Positions 18,626 through 28,594 of a stretch of DNA of 64,000 nucleotides are shown here, piece after piece. The notes under the pieces were generated by a model, which had not been told where the DNA came from, did no database searches, and worked only from the letters and a program-made list of their open reading frames with translations. The stretch is from Syntrophales bacterium (GTDB taxonomy: Bacteria; Desulfobacterota; Syntrophia; Syntrophales; PHBD01): positions 2,336,001 through 2,400,000 of the forward strand of contig OY764159.1 in the NCBI GenBank assembly GCA_963668175.1, read 5' to 3'. The position numbers were made by a program, and so were the translations under genes. Numbering within the stretch: position 1 is the first letter of the stretch; the number at the start of each line of letters is the position of its first letter.

Positions 18626-19828
18626 ATGGAAGCCATCTATCTCGTGGCGGCGTTCTGGTTTCTCGCCGCCGTCCTTTCGACCGTCCTGGCCAACCGCCTG
18701 AAAATCTCGATCGCCCTGATGGAAATCATGGTCGGCTCCGTCATCGGCTGCGCTGCCTTCCGGCTCGGCTTTCTCGACAAACTCGCCCTGAACGCCGACT
18801 GGATGAAGTTCTGCACGGGTCTCGGCGCCATGCTGCTCACCTTTCTTGCGGGCGCGGAGCTGAACCCCGACGTCATGAAAGCCAAGATCAGGGAGGTGTC
18901 CGCAATCGGGCTGATCGGATTCTTCGCGCCGTTCATCGGCTGCTTTCTCGTTTCGTTCTACCTCGTCGGCTGGGGGATGGAGGCGAGTCTCCTGTGCGGC
19001 ATTGCGCTCTCCACCACGTCCATGGCCGTCGTCTACGCGGTCATGCTCGAATACGGATTCAACAAGACCGATTTCGGCAAAGGGATTCTGGGCGCCTGTT
19101 TTGTGAACGACCTGGGAACCGTCATCGCCCTGGGCCTCATCTTCGCCCCGTTCACGTATAGGTCCGTCGTCTTCATTGCCGCGACGGTCCTGATGATTTT
19201 TCTCCTGCAGCCAATGACGGCCTTCGTCATCCGCCGCTTCGCCCACAAGACCGCCGCCATCCGCGCGAAGTGGGTCATCTTCGTCCTGATGTCGGCGGGC
19301 GTGCTGGCCCTGTGGTCCGGCAGCGAACCGGTGCTGCCGGCCTACGTATTCGGAATGGTCCTGGCAAGAACGATGGAAGAAGACGGCCATTTCGTCCGGA
19401 GGCTCCGGACCTTGACCGTGGGCTTTCTGACCCCGCTCTATTTTCTCAGGGCGGGCGCGCTGGTGTCCATTCCCGCTTTGGCCGCTTCGCCCGTCGTCTT
19501 TCTTCTGCTCTTCGGCGGGAAAGTCGCATCGAAGATATGCGGACTCTATCCGGCCATCCGTAATTTCCGGGACGACAAGAAGGAGAAATGGTATTACACG
19601 CTGCTCATGTCCACCGGGCTCACGTTCGGAACCATATCCGCGCTGTACGGTTTGACGAACCGCATCATCACGCAGGAGCAGTATTCCTTTGTCGTCGGGG
19701 CGGTCATCGCCAGCGCCGTGATTCCGACCCTCATCGCCAACAGATTTTTCCTTCCCGGCCATCTGCTGCAACAGCCGGTTCTGGACGATCAGGCGCCCGA
19801 CGAAAAGGATATCGTGAACAGATTGTAA
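18626..19828 (+). CDS. Cation:proton antiporter (CPA2 / Na_H_Exchanger family)
   Basis: About 12 TM segments; LTFLAGAE, GIALSTTSMAVV, FVNDL, PLYFLRAG; SD AAGGAG. Confidence 0.92.
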   Translation: MEAIYLVAAFWFLAAVLSTVLANRLKISIALMEIMVGSVIGCAAFRLGFLDKLALNADWMKFCTGLGAMLLTFLAGAELNPDVMKAKIREVSAIGLIGFFAPFIGCFLVSFYLVGWGMEASLLCGIALSTTSMAVVYAVMLEYGFNKTDFGKGILGACFVNDLGTVIALGLIFAPFTYRSVVFIAATVLMIFLLQPMTAFVIRRFAHKTAAIRAKWVIFVLMSAGVLALWSGSEPVLPAYVFGMVLARTMEEDGHFVRRLRTLTVGFLTPLYFLRAGALVSIPALAASPVVFLLLFGGKVASKICGLYPAIRNFRDDKKEKWYYTLLMSTGLTFGTISALYGLTNRIITQEQYSFVVGAVIASAVIPTLIANRFFLPGHLLQQPVLDDQAPDEKDIVNRL

Positions 19829-20062
19829 TATGGCATTTGATCGACGCGGTTCATGACGTTCGCGCCCCATCGGCCTTTCAGGTCAAAACGGCGCATGCTC
19901 ATGAAACTTATCCTGCGCCCGAACTTATGAAGCAATCGGCGGATGTGTCGAAACGTAATGAAAGGTGTCTGAAACAGTCTTTTCTCTACGGGAATGACGC
20001 CGTGCGGCGGCCTTTCGGGGGCGGGTGCGCGAAATACCGTCGCACCGGAAGCGCTTGGTGCG

Positions 20063-20875
20063 CTATGCTTCGTCGATCCGCGCGTGCGCCGCTTCGTCCT
20101 TCTGGTAGCGCATCTGCTCCTCCATGACCATCTGCGCGAGCTTCTTCTGTATCTCGATGAACTCTCCCGATACGATGTCGCGGGGGCGGGGCAGGTCGAT
20201 CGTCACGACCTCCTTGATCGTGCCGGGGCGGAACGTCATGACGGCGATCCGGTCGGCAAGGTAGATCGACTCCTCGATGCTGTGGGTGACGAAGACGATG
20301 GTCTTCCTGAATTCCATCCAGATGCGGAGCAGCTCTTCCTGGAGGGCGCGGCGGGTGAGGGCGTCGAGGGCGCCGAACGGCTCGTCCATGAGGAGGATCG
20401 GCGAGTCGAGGGCCAGGGCCCTGGCGATGGCGACGCGCTGACGCATGCCGCCGGAGAGGTCTTTCGGGAAGCGGTCGCCGAATTCCGTGAGCTGCAGCTT
20501 GGCGAGGAGGGCCGCTACTTTGTCGCGGATCTCGTTCTTCGGGACTTTCTTGATTTCCAGGCCGAAGGAGATGTTGGCAGCCACCGTCATCCACGGGAAG
20601 AGGGCGTACTCCTGGAAGACCATGGCCCGGTCGGGGCCCGGCACGGCAACCTCCGCGCCGTTGGCGATCACCCGGCCGCTCGTCGGCAGTGAAAAACCGG
20701 CGATGGCGTTGAGGAGCGTCGATTTGCCGCAGCCCGAGGGGCCGAGGAGGCAGACAAACTCGCCTTCCGAAATCGTGAGGTTGATGTCCCTGAGGGCGAC
20801 GACTTCATTCTCGCCTGCGCCGAAAATCTTGTTGACGCCTTCAATGCAAAGCTGGGTGCGGCAGGTTTCGTTCAT
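20063..20875 (-). CDS. NitT/TauT family ABC transporter ATP-binding protein
   Basis: GPSGCGKST, LSGGMRQR, LMDEPFGALD, FVTH. Confidence 0.95.
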   Translation of the reverse strand: MNETCRTQLCIEGVNKIFGAGENEVVALRDINLTISEGEFVCLLGPSGCGKSTLLNAIAGFSLPTSGRVIANGAEVAVPGPDRAMVFQEYALFPWMTVAANISFGLEIKKVPKNEIRDKVAALLAKLQLTEFGDRFPKDLSGGMRQRVAIARALALDSPILLMDEPFGALDALTRRALQEELLRIWMEFRKTIVFVTHSIEESIYLADRIAVMTFRPGTIKEVVTIDLPRPRDIVSGEFIEIQKKLAQMVMEEQMRYQKDEAAHARIDEA

Positions 20876-20881
20876 GGCGCC

Positions 20882-21730
20882 TCAATGCTCCAGGCCGCGG
20901 TGCCAGCGCAGGAGATAGCGGTTGATGCGGTCCATGCCGGTGTCGATGGCGAGACCCAGAAGGCCGATGGTGATCATGCCGGCGATGATCTTGTCGGACC
21001 ACATGAATTCTCGGGCCTCCAGGATGCGGAAGCCGAGGCCGTTGTTGACGGCGATCATCTCCGCCACGATGACGACGATGAAGGCGACGCCGAAGCCCAC
21101 GCGCAGGCCCGTTAAAATATGGGGCGTGGCGGCGGGCAGGATGACCCGGAGAAAGAGCGTTGCCCCGCTTGCCCCGAGGTTGCGGGCTGCGCGGATGTAG
21201 ATCATGTCCACGTTGCGGACGCCGGAAATCGTGTTCATCAGGACCGGGAAAAAAGCCCCGAGGCTGATCAGGAAGAAGGCCGGCGGGTTGCCGAGGCCGA
21301 ACCAGAGGATGGCGAGTGGGATGTAGGCGATGGGGGGGATGGGCCTCAAGAGCTGGATCAGGGGATTCATGAGCCCGTAGATCCGCTGGCTTCCGCCCAT
21401 CAGAAGCCCCAAAGGCAGGGCCAGGCCCGCGCCGATGGCGAAGCCGCCGAGCACCCTGAAGACGCTGGCCAGCGCGTCGGTGGGGAGTTCGCCCGAGAAG
21501 AACCAGGCGATGTAGCTCGTGCCTGCGGGGTCGTACGGCTCAAGGGGCTGCAGGTATTCGATCCACTTCCAAAGGACCTGCGACGGCGCCGGCAGGACCT
21601 GGGGGTTGATGACGCCGCCCCTTGTCAGGGCCTCCCAGATAATAAGGACCACGATCGGTACGATGCTTCCGTGCAGGGTCCGTTTGAGAACCGACTTCCA
21701 TCTGTTCGAGAGGCTGTCTTTGTCCGTCAC
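20882..21730 (-). CDS. NitT/TauT family ABC transporter permease
   Basis: LRPIPPIAYIPL, EAA-loop-like RAARNLGA, IVAEMI. Confidence 0.93.
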   Translation of the reverse strand: MTDKDSLSNRWKSVLKRTLHGSIVPIVVLIIWEALTRGGVINPQVLPAPSQVLWKWIEYLQPLEPYDPAGTSYIAWFFSGELPTDALASVFRVLGGFAIGAGLALPLGLLMGGSQRIYGLMNPLIQLLRPIPPIAYIPLAILWFGLGNPPAFFLISLGAFFPVLMNTISGVRNVDMIYIRAARNLGASGATLFLRVILPAATPHILTGLRVGFGVAFIVVIVAEMIAVNNGLGFRILEAREFMWSDKIIAGMITIGLLGLAIDTGMDRINRYLLRWHRGLEH

Positions 21731-22695
21731 TTTATCTTTAACGACTTCTTCGCGTTGTTCAGCAGATCCAGTTTGACGTAATCTTTCGCCGCCGGCGGTT
21801 TCGCAAGCTTGCCGATGCCGTATTTGACCATCATGTCGGTGGAAACCTGGACCTCCTTCACCGTAACGTTATAGGTGAAGGGCGAGTTTTCCATGGCGAA
21901 TTTGTAGTCCTGGGAGCTGAGCTGATTCTTGAACATCTTTTCCCGTACGTACTTCTCGGCGAGGGCCGGGTTGTCGATGAACAGCTTGGTCGCCTCGACG
22001 AAGCATTGCAGGAAGCGCTGGGCGACGTCCCGTTTCTTGTTGTACATTTCCTCGGTTATGATCAGGGTCCGCACCGGCTCGCCGATGGGCGTGTCGTAGG
22101 GCTTGTTGATCTCCACGCCGAATCCCTTGCTGATCGCCTGCGAAGACTGGGGTTCCGACTGGCACATGGCGTCGATGTCCTTGGCGAGCAGCGCCTGGTT
22201 CAGGTCGGCATAGGCCATGTAGACGAGCTGGACGTCCTTGCCCGGCTTGTCGGCGTAGGTCAGATTGTGTTTGCCCAGCTCCGCGAGGAGCACGAGTTCC
22301 TGGGCGCCGCCGCGGGCCACGCCGACCTTCTTGCCTTTCAGGTCGGCTACCGATTTCCATTTCATGTCGGGCCGTCCGACGATCCGGGCGCCGCCTTTCG
22401 CGAAACCGGCCACGATATAGACCGGCACGCCGCTGGCCCGGGCCGCTATGGCGCCGTCCACGGCGCTAGCCGCCGCGTCGATCTCGCCGGCCACGATGGC
22501 GGGGATGATGTCGATGCCTTTGGGAAAGATCTTTTCCTCGATTTTTAAATTATATTTCGGGGCGATCTCCTTCATGTACCAGATCGCGCCGTAATGGGCG
22601 AACTTCAGGTTTCCCAGACGGACGACGTCGGCGGCCATGGCGGACGAACAACCGAAAGCGAACAGCAGGAAAATCGTGAATACGGTCTTTTTCAT
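21727..22695 (-). CDS. NitT/TauT family ABC substrate-binding protein
   Basis: Signal peptide; VADLKGKKVGV, IDAMCQSEP; overlaps the permease start. Confidence 0.9.
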   Translation of the reverse strand: MKKTVFTIFLLFAFGCSSAMAADVVRLGNLKFAHYGAIWYMKEIAPKYNLKIEEKIFPKGIDIIPAIVAGEIDAAASAVDGAIAARASGVPVYIVAGFAKGGARIVGRPDMKWKSVADLKGKKVGVARGGAQELVLLAELGKHNLTYADKPGKDVQLVYMAYADLNQALLAKDIDAMCQSEPQSSQAISKGFGVEINKPYDTPIGEPVRTLIITEEMYNKKRDVAQRFLQCFVEATKLFIDNPALAEKYVREKMFKNQLSSQDYKFAMENSPFTYNVTVKEVQVSTDMMVKYGIGKLAKPPAAKDYVKLDLLNNAKKSLKIK

Positions 22696-23080
22696 AGGTA
22701 TCGCTCCTGACGATTGGCGGAATCCTTGTTTACGGGCGGCGGGGTTTCGAATATCCGGCGGCCGCATCCGGGGCGGCAAACGTCCCGGCCGGTACGGTCC
22801 CCGGCTTCCGCTTCCGGCCGCACGCGGCGTTCCCCGGGCGCATGGGCGCACCGGGACTTCCCTGTGCTGATGATGATCAGAATATTGCTTTTGTACAGGG
22901 CCAGTAACACAGACCGGGCTGTAAGTCAATGGGAAACCGGGAAAAATGGGCGGAGAAAAACAAAAGGGAAACCGATCCGTTATCGGAGCGAAGGGGTCTG
23001 TCTGCGGTGACGTGCTTTGTGCAAGGCGTCCCGCCGTCCCGATCCGGCAGCAGCGGCGTGTCCGACGGAAGATGCACGCG

Positions 23081-23608
23081 TCACAACGCCATCATCGCCT
23101 CCATCCTTTTGGCGAGATACGGGCTGGATTCCGCCAGCGCGCTGTGGATCGCGGCGGCCTCCTGCCGGTACGATTCGATCCTCTGCCGGTTCCAGTGGGA
23201 CGGGAAGGGCAGGTGCAGGTTGGTGATCCGGTCGGCCATCTTGACCATCCAGACTTCCCGGGGCTGGGTCCGGATGCGCCGAAGGCTGTCCGCCATCCGG
23301 TCCTCCTTCGCCAGCTTCTCGTCCTTGCTCAGGGCCGACACGCCGTCGGCGACCTGCTGCCCGAACGTTTCGCGAACCTCGCCGTAAGTCGTGGCCGTAT
23401 CCTCGATGACGTCATGAAGCAGGGCGCACTGGAGGGCCAGTTCCGCGTCGTGGTCGTTTTCGTATTGAAGGGCCGCAATGACCTCCATCGTCACAAGCGT
23501 TACGTGCACGATATACGGCAGTTCCGTGCCGGGCAGAAACTGCCCGTTATGCACGGCGGCGGCGAACCGGTAGGCCTTCGTATACGTGTCCTGACGCCAG
23601 ATGGTCAT
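23081..23608 (-). CDS. HD-domain protein, small alarmone hydrolase (Mesh1/SpoT-HD-like)
   Basis: HNGQ...PYIVH, ALLHDVIEDT, VKMADRITNL; no synthetase domain. Confidence 0.85.
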   Translation of the reverse strand: MTIWRQDTYTKAYRFAAAVHNGQFLPGTELPYIVHVTLVTMEVIAALQYENDHDAELALQCALLHDVIEDTATTYGEVRETFGQQVADGVSALSKDEKLAKEDRMADSLRRIRTQPREVWMVKMADRITNLHLPFPSHWNRQRIESYRQEAAAIHSALAESSPYLAKRMEAMMAL

Positions 23609-23712
23609 TGCGTTTTCCTTTCATGAATCGCGGCTGCGGTATCGCGTAAAGAGGCGGGGAAACTTTCTCGCGCACCGTTATCCCGTCCCGGACCGGGTCC
23701 CGGTGCGGTTCT

Positions 23713-25080
23713 TTACCGGGGCGGCGGCGCGGCCGATCCGGTAAGCTTTCGGGCGAGATCCGGCATGCTTGAGAGGAATTCCTCTTCATGCCCGGCGGCG
23801 CACCTGAGGGAACCGAGGCCCAGGGTGCCCATCGTCCGGATGTCCGTGCGCTTCGCCTGGAGGATGTAGGAATTGCCCAGCACGGCGAGCCTTCCCGTGA
23901 CGGACTCGTTCGCCGCGAGCCATTTGCCGAGCTGCACGGCCTGCTTTTCGTCGGTAAGCCCAGATTGCTGGAGCTTCATTTCCCCGAGCACCTTCACCAT
24001 GTCCTCGCGGTTGACCAGGCTGAACCGGCCGAGGATGAAAAGCTCTTCCCGGAGGGCCTCGGCGAGAATGAGGGAGACGACCTGGAGCCGCTCGGCGGCA
24101 TCGAAATCGTGGACGACCAGCCTGGCCTTGCCTTTCGCGGATTCCGCCTGCGGGTCCTCTTCGAGCATCTTCTCGAAATCCCGGCGTTTGACCTCGTCCG
24201 TCCGTTCGGGCGGCGGGGATGTCTTTACAGCGTCTTTAGGCAGCTCCGGCGCGCTCTTCTGCGGAGGCGGTTCTTTAGGTATGGAAGCGACTTCTTTCTC
24301 CATCGCCCGCTGTTTCTTCACATCCGCAGCCGTTGGGGGAGGCGGAGGCATGGGTGTCTTTGCCGTCTCTTGAGGCCGATCCGCCGGAGTCTTCTGCGGG
24401 GGCGGCTCTTTGGGTACGGAGGCGCTCTCTTTTGCCTTCGCCTTCGGTTTTGTTACGTCCGCATCCGAGATGAGCCCGGCCTTGCGCACCGCCGTAGCCA
24501 GGATATCTCCCTTTGCGTCGTAGAAGATCTTGCGGTAGCAGGTTTGAGCGATGGCCATGGAGGTATCCCTTGCGGTCTGGGCGTCGGCGAGGAGCGGCTT
24601 CGACATGAAGCCCGAAGCCTCGTATTGCACTCCCGTCCCGATATTGACGAACACCATCCTGGGGACATAATTGTTCGCTACGAACCTTCTTTCGTAAATC
24701 ATGGCGTAGTCGGCGTGCAGGAGCCCTCCGACCTGCTTGAGGAGGGCCATGTCGCCGCCGAACCACCGCCATCCGGGAATGTCCTCTCGGCCGACGACGG
24801 CCTCCACATCGGCCTCCGGCACGATCTCGTAAACGCCGATGTCCTCCATGAATTTACGGACGCCGCGAACCGCATTGGCCTTGAATTGATCGTGGGGCAC
24901 TGCCCAGGCCCGGCCGTGCGCGGTATTCCCCGTCACGGGCATGACAAAGACGCGCACCTTGGCGGAAGCGGGCGGCGGCGGAATCGTGCCAAAATGCGCC
25001 GCGCAGGCGTTCAGGCAGAGAGCAATGAAAATGAAAAAAGGGACAATGGCCGTCGGAGACGCAATGCGATATGTTTTCAT
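23713..25080 (-). CDS. Lipoprotein with Pro/Lys-rich repeated linker and C-terminal CsgG/TolB-N-like domain
   Basis: Lipobox LNAC; FSLVNREDMVKVLGEMKLQQSGL...AVQLGKWLAA is a CsgG-like pattern. Confidence 0.7.
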   Translation of the reverse strand: MKTYRIASPTAIVPFFIFIALCLNACAAHFGTIPPPPASAKVRVFVMPVTGNTAHGRAWAVPHDQFKANAVRGVRKFMEDIGVYEIVPEADVEAVVGREDIPGWRWFGGDMALLKQVGGLLHADYAMIYERRFVANNYVPRMVFVNIGTGVQYEASGFMSKPLLADAQTARDTSMAIAQTCYRKIFYDAKGDILATAVRKAGLISDADVTKPKAKAKESASVPKEPPPQKTPADRPQETAKTPMPPPPPTAADVKKQRAMEKEVASIPKEPPPQKSAPELPKDAVKTSPPPERTDEVKRRDFEKMLEEDPQAESAKGKARLVVHDFDAAERLQVVSLILAEALREELFILGRFSLVNREDMVKVLGEMKLQQSGLTDEKQAVQLGKWLAANESVTGRLAVLGNSYILQAKRTDIRTMGTLGLGSLRCAAGHEEEFLSSMPDLARKLTGSAAPPPR

Positions 25081-25422
25081 ACATGACCCTTTAAGAAGAG
25101 ATATGGATGCAAACAAAACAGCCGAGACCGCGAATGGTTGATTTCAGGTTATCCATATCACGTCCGCGTTATCTTTTCATCAACAGAATTCAAGAACACG
25201 AAGCACGATAAATATTTAACTTTACGTTCATTGCATTACCGGCGATGAACGTCCCTTCGGGCACGTCATCGGCGATTGCGCCGGAACGTTACACTTGCCG
25301 GATACGGAAAGAAGATCGTTGCGAATGACTCGGATGTGCCGCATTGATTCGTCCCAGGCCGCTTTCTCTTTCGAAGGAACCCTTGCGAACCGGCGGCGGG
25401 AGGGAGCGGCCGCCTTTCTTCG

Positions 25423-25884
25423 TCATACCCCGTCGTCTGCTTCGGATTTGCCTCCCGCCGTTTCGTCGCTCGGGCTGTAGCGGACGGCGAGGCTCCGGAT
25501 GATGCCGAGGCAGAGCAGGAGGAATCCGAAAGCGGCGATCGTTTCCCAGGGCATGTTTTCATGACCGTAAAGCTTCACGATCAGTTCGCGGATGACGAAG
25601 ACGATGGCCGGGTCGATCATCGTGTTGAGGCGGAACCGGTGCGTCTCGAAGTAGACGACGAATCCGCGGAACAGTTCGATGATGACGAGGAACGACAGGA
25701 TATTGATCACAATGACGTTGAGGGACTGGCCGATCGATTTGGCGACGAAGTAATCCTTGATCTCCCAGATGGTCTGAAACAGCCCGGCCATCAGGACGAC
25801 GATGATGAAGAGCGTAAGGACGACGACGATGATTTTGATGGAGAAATTGAACACCTCGAACATGGTTGGAATCTTCATTTTCAT
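25423..25884 (-). CDS. PsiE-family membrane protein
   Basis: Four TM segments; VIIELFR and IVFVIRELIV. Confidence 0.8.
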   Translation of the reverse strand: MKMKIPTMFEVFNFSIKIIVVVLTLFIIVVLMAGLFQTIWEIKDYFVAKSIGQSLNVIVINILSFLVIIELFRGFVVYFETHRFRLNTMIDPAIVFVIRELIVKLYGHENMPWETIAAFGFLLLCLGIIRSLAVRYSPSDETAGGKSEADDGV

Positions 25885-26277
25885 AAATCCACCCTTCCTT
25901 CAATCAAGATTCCCCTCATTGAACCCGGCGGCAACGCCTCTCGACGGGAGAGGCCGGATTTGGCCGGTCCGAATATTTCGCGGGACCGGGTTATGCGCTG
26001 CGCCGAAAGAGCATGTGCGCCGTACCGATCGTCGGCGCCGCCGGCGGACAGGAAACCGCTCTCAAACACCATGAGTATAGGGGGACGCCGTTCGGCCTGT
26101 CAAGGGGAATGTACGGCCGGCCGCTGTTGCGGCGCGGGTTATTGCGCCGGCTTTAGAGGAGGGGCTGGCGGAGGGTCGGCGGGCGGCCTTGTCTTCCGCA
26201 CCGGGCGTATGTCGGCGGATTGCCCACGGCTGCTTGCGGGAGCGTCATGAGCGCTTTGCCTACCAGTTCCCTCCCGT

Positions 26278-26997
26278 TTATCTGAAACGGAACATGAAAT
26301 AGTCGGAATCGAAGGACCCGGCATCGTGAATATGCTTCAGGAAAAAGAAAAAAGACCCTGTCGCTTTGGAGGAATGAATCTCGCGGGCTTCGGGATATGC
26401 ATCCAACGCATTCATGAATCTCCCCTCAGCATAACCGGGCCAGGTTGTCTCGCTCGGGAATAACCTTGTCTGGAGCGTTGAGGCGGTCTCATAGAAATCC
26501 CTGTCCGCCTTGGCGATCAGCATACATTTTTTTAAATCGAACAGCATGATCTCACAGCGGACCTTCGTCGTCGTCGAAGATTCGTAAGTCTTGTCTTTCA
26601 AAGAATCGGGTCGCCCCGCGAGCGTCCTTTCCTCCCAGTTCTGCACTTTACGGGAACCTTTGGAAATGATTGGACCGTGTTCATAGGTTGCCATGACGTA
26701 TTCGATGTTCGGGTATTTATTTTTCAGGGCGTCGCAATTCAGGATATCCTGCCTGTCGAACGTCAATATCGTATCGGCAGACAGGTCATGGAAGCGAAGC
26801 GGCGTCCCTGCGAATGTCAGCAAATCCTCCGTCATCACCGCCTTGAGACCTTTTATCTGGGGGTTGTGCATGGAAATGCCGATATCGGGCGCCTGCACAA
26901 GATTTGTCCTGTCGAAGGAAACACTGGCCTTGTACGAATAGGAAGTGGTGCAGCCGGCGAGGAACAGCAAAAATATGAGCAGGGTCGTTTTCTTCAT
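26278..26997 (-). CDS. Hypothetical lipoprotein
   Basis: MKKTTLLIFLLFLAGC lipobox; SD GGAGG. Confidence 0.75.
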   Translation of the reverse strand: MKKTTLLIFLLFLAGCTTSYSYKASVSFDRTNLVQAPDIGISMHNPQIKGLKAVMTEDLLTFAGTPLRFHDLSADTILTFDRQDILNCDALKNKYPNIEYVMATYEHGPIISKGSRKVQNWEERTLAGRPDSLKDKTYESSTTTKVRCEIMLFDLKKCMLIAKADRDFYETASTLQTRLFPSETTWPGYAEGRFMNALDAYPEAREIHSSKATGSFFFFLKHIHDAGSFDSDYFMFRFR

Positions 26998-27028
26998 GTT
27001 GTATCCTCCAGGGATGCGGCCGCCCATG

Positions 27029-27898
27029 TCATTGCCTTTCCTTCTCTTTCGATACGTTTTTCGGCGGTAAAAGGTACAAGTTCTTGAAGAGCCATATTCG
27101 GTCATAGAATTCCTTCTCGGTAAAGACGTCGTTTTGCCGTTGCGAATAATTCGACCAGAGAATCTCGCCCGTAGAGGAGTCGACAAGCGCGATATAAGAG
27201 TCTAGCACGGACACGCGGTAATCGGAAGATGATACCATGCCGAGCGACAACGACAAGACGAATTTTACAAGCTCGGTTGCCGCTTCCTGAGCTATGGGCG
27301 AGCCGAGAGGCATGTTGATGCCATGTCCCACGAGCAGAAGGATCGCATCGGCTCCGGATGCTTTCGCGACCGCGACCACGGCTTCTTTCAAATCCGAATT
27401 GCCGCAGCATATGTCGGATGGAGGTTTGTCTCTCTGGGCCACGGCGGCCGCCGCCCACGGCATGATCTTCAATAGGGATGCACGACAAGCCGGATCGGAC
27501 GCCAGTCCCTCTGCGACAAATAAGGGCGGGGGCATTTCTTTCACCGCGCCCCCTTCTTCGGGCATATACTTCAGCGGGCGGGCCGGATTCTTGAAACTCC
27601 CGACAAGCGGAGCTTCGGCAAGGACGACCTCATAGCCCTTATCCTTGAGAACGGTTTTTGCCCTTTCCGCCATGTGTTGCGCGGCGGCCCTGGAATCCTT
27701 CACGGACCAATAATTGTCGCCCGCGACGACGTTCCGCAACAGGCAGACATCGGCGATAACGGCTATTTTCTTGATGTGCGGCAGCAATACGTCGTGATTC
27801 GGTCCGGTGCGAACGAACCGTTTATCGGGGACGGCGGCGCAGGCGGCAACCAGGACGATCGACAGCAGCGCAGAGACATTGAAAATACCCTTTCGCAT
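27029..27898 (-). CDS. Hypothetical lipoprotein
   Basis: Lipobox VAAC; C-terminal ALVDSSTGEILWSN. Confidence 0.75.
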   Translation of the reverse strand: MRKGIFNVSALLSIVLVAACAAVPDKRFVRTGPNHDVLLPHIKKIAVIADVCLLRNVVAGDNYWSVKDSRAAAQHMAERAKTVLKDKGYEVVLAEAPLVGSFKNPARPLKYMPEEGGAVKEMPPPLFVAEGLASDPACRASLLKIMPWAAAAVAQRDKPPSDICCGNSDLKEAVVAVAKASGADAILLLVGHGINMPLGSPIAQEAATELVKFVLSLSLGMVSSSDYRVSVLDSYIALVDSSTGEILWSNYSQRQNDVFTEKEFYDRIWLFKNLYLLPPKNVSKEKERQ

Positions 27899-27985
27899 GT
27901 TTTCCTCGCGACTATGTACAGGTCGTTCTTCCCGTAAAGCTCTTACCGCAAACAACCGCGACTTCACGATCCCTGCCGCATCGAT

Positions 27986-28486
27986 TCAAGGATCTTTGGT
28001 TTCGCAGCACCTTTCGCAGTGAAGAACAAAACGCGACATGACATCCACGACGGGAAGGTTCTTTTCCCACTCGCCGGCCGGCGTCCCGAATGTCGAAATC
28101 AAGAAGGCGTTCTTTTCGTTCGACCGGAAGAGCGAATAGAGGATGCGATAGTCGATCGTGCCCGACGTGCTCTCGATGCGTTCCGAGGTTTCCAGGCAAG
28201 TGCGCGTGAACGGACCGACAGAGACCGGCGAACATTCGCGGATAATCTTCTGCGCGCCGCGTTTCTTGTCGGACATGACCTGCCGGGCAAAACTCTCGGG
28301 CGAGTAATCCTTCGTGTATGCCGATAAGTTATGAATGTAATAGATGCGCATGCCGGTTTCGTAGCGGCCCACCTTCACATTCTCCCTGGCTATGATCCAC
28401 TCGACCCTGTTCGCGTCGCCGGACCAGGAATAGAACCAGCCCCGCGGTTTGGCTATGCACCCCTTGACCGCATCCAGCTTCTGCAA
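27986..28486 (-). CDS. Hypothetical protein, start uncertain and possibly 5'-damaged
   Basis: 166-aa ORF between co-oriented genes. The frame stays open about 100 nt upstream of the TTG without another start codon. Confidence 0.5.
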   Translation of the reverse strand: MQKLDAVKGCIAKPRGWFYSWSGDANRVEWIIARENVKVGRYETGMRIYYIHNLSAYTKDYSPESFARQVMSDKKRGAQKIIRECSPVSVGPFTRTCLETSERIESTSGTIDYRILYSLFRSNEKNAFLISTFGTPAGEWEKNLPVVDVMSRFVLHCERCCETKDP

Positions 28487-28594
28487 TTCGTAGCCGTCCG
28501 GTATTTCGATCGTCTCCGTGTGTATCTCAAGAGGCCCGAACCGAAACTTAAGGTGATGGCCGGTTCTCCTGGAGACGGCTGTCGTTGTCTGTGT

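Noticed and set aside
22700..22930. Possible cobalamin riboswitch in the long GC-rich leader of the ABC operon (AGGGAAGTCCCGGTGCG on the minus strand)
   Set aside because: Only the first motif resembles the consensus. I could not find the following conserved elements or a B12 box. An Rfam scan would settle it.
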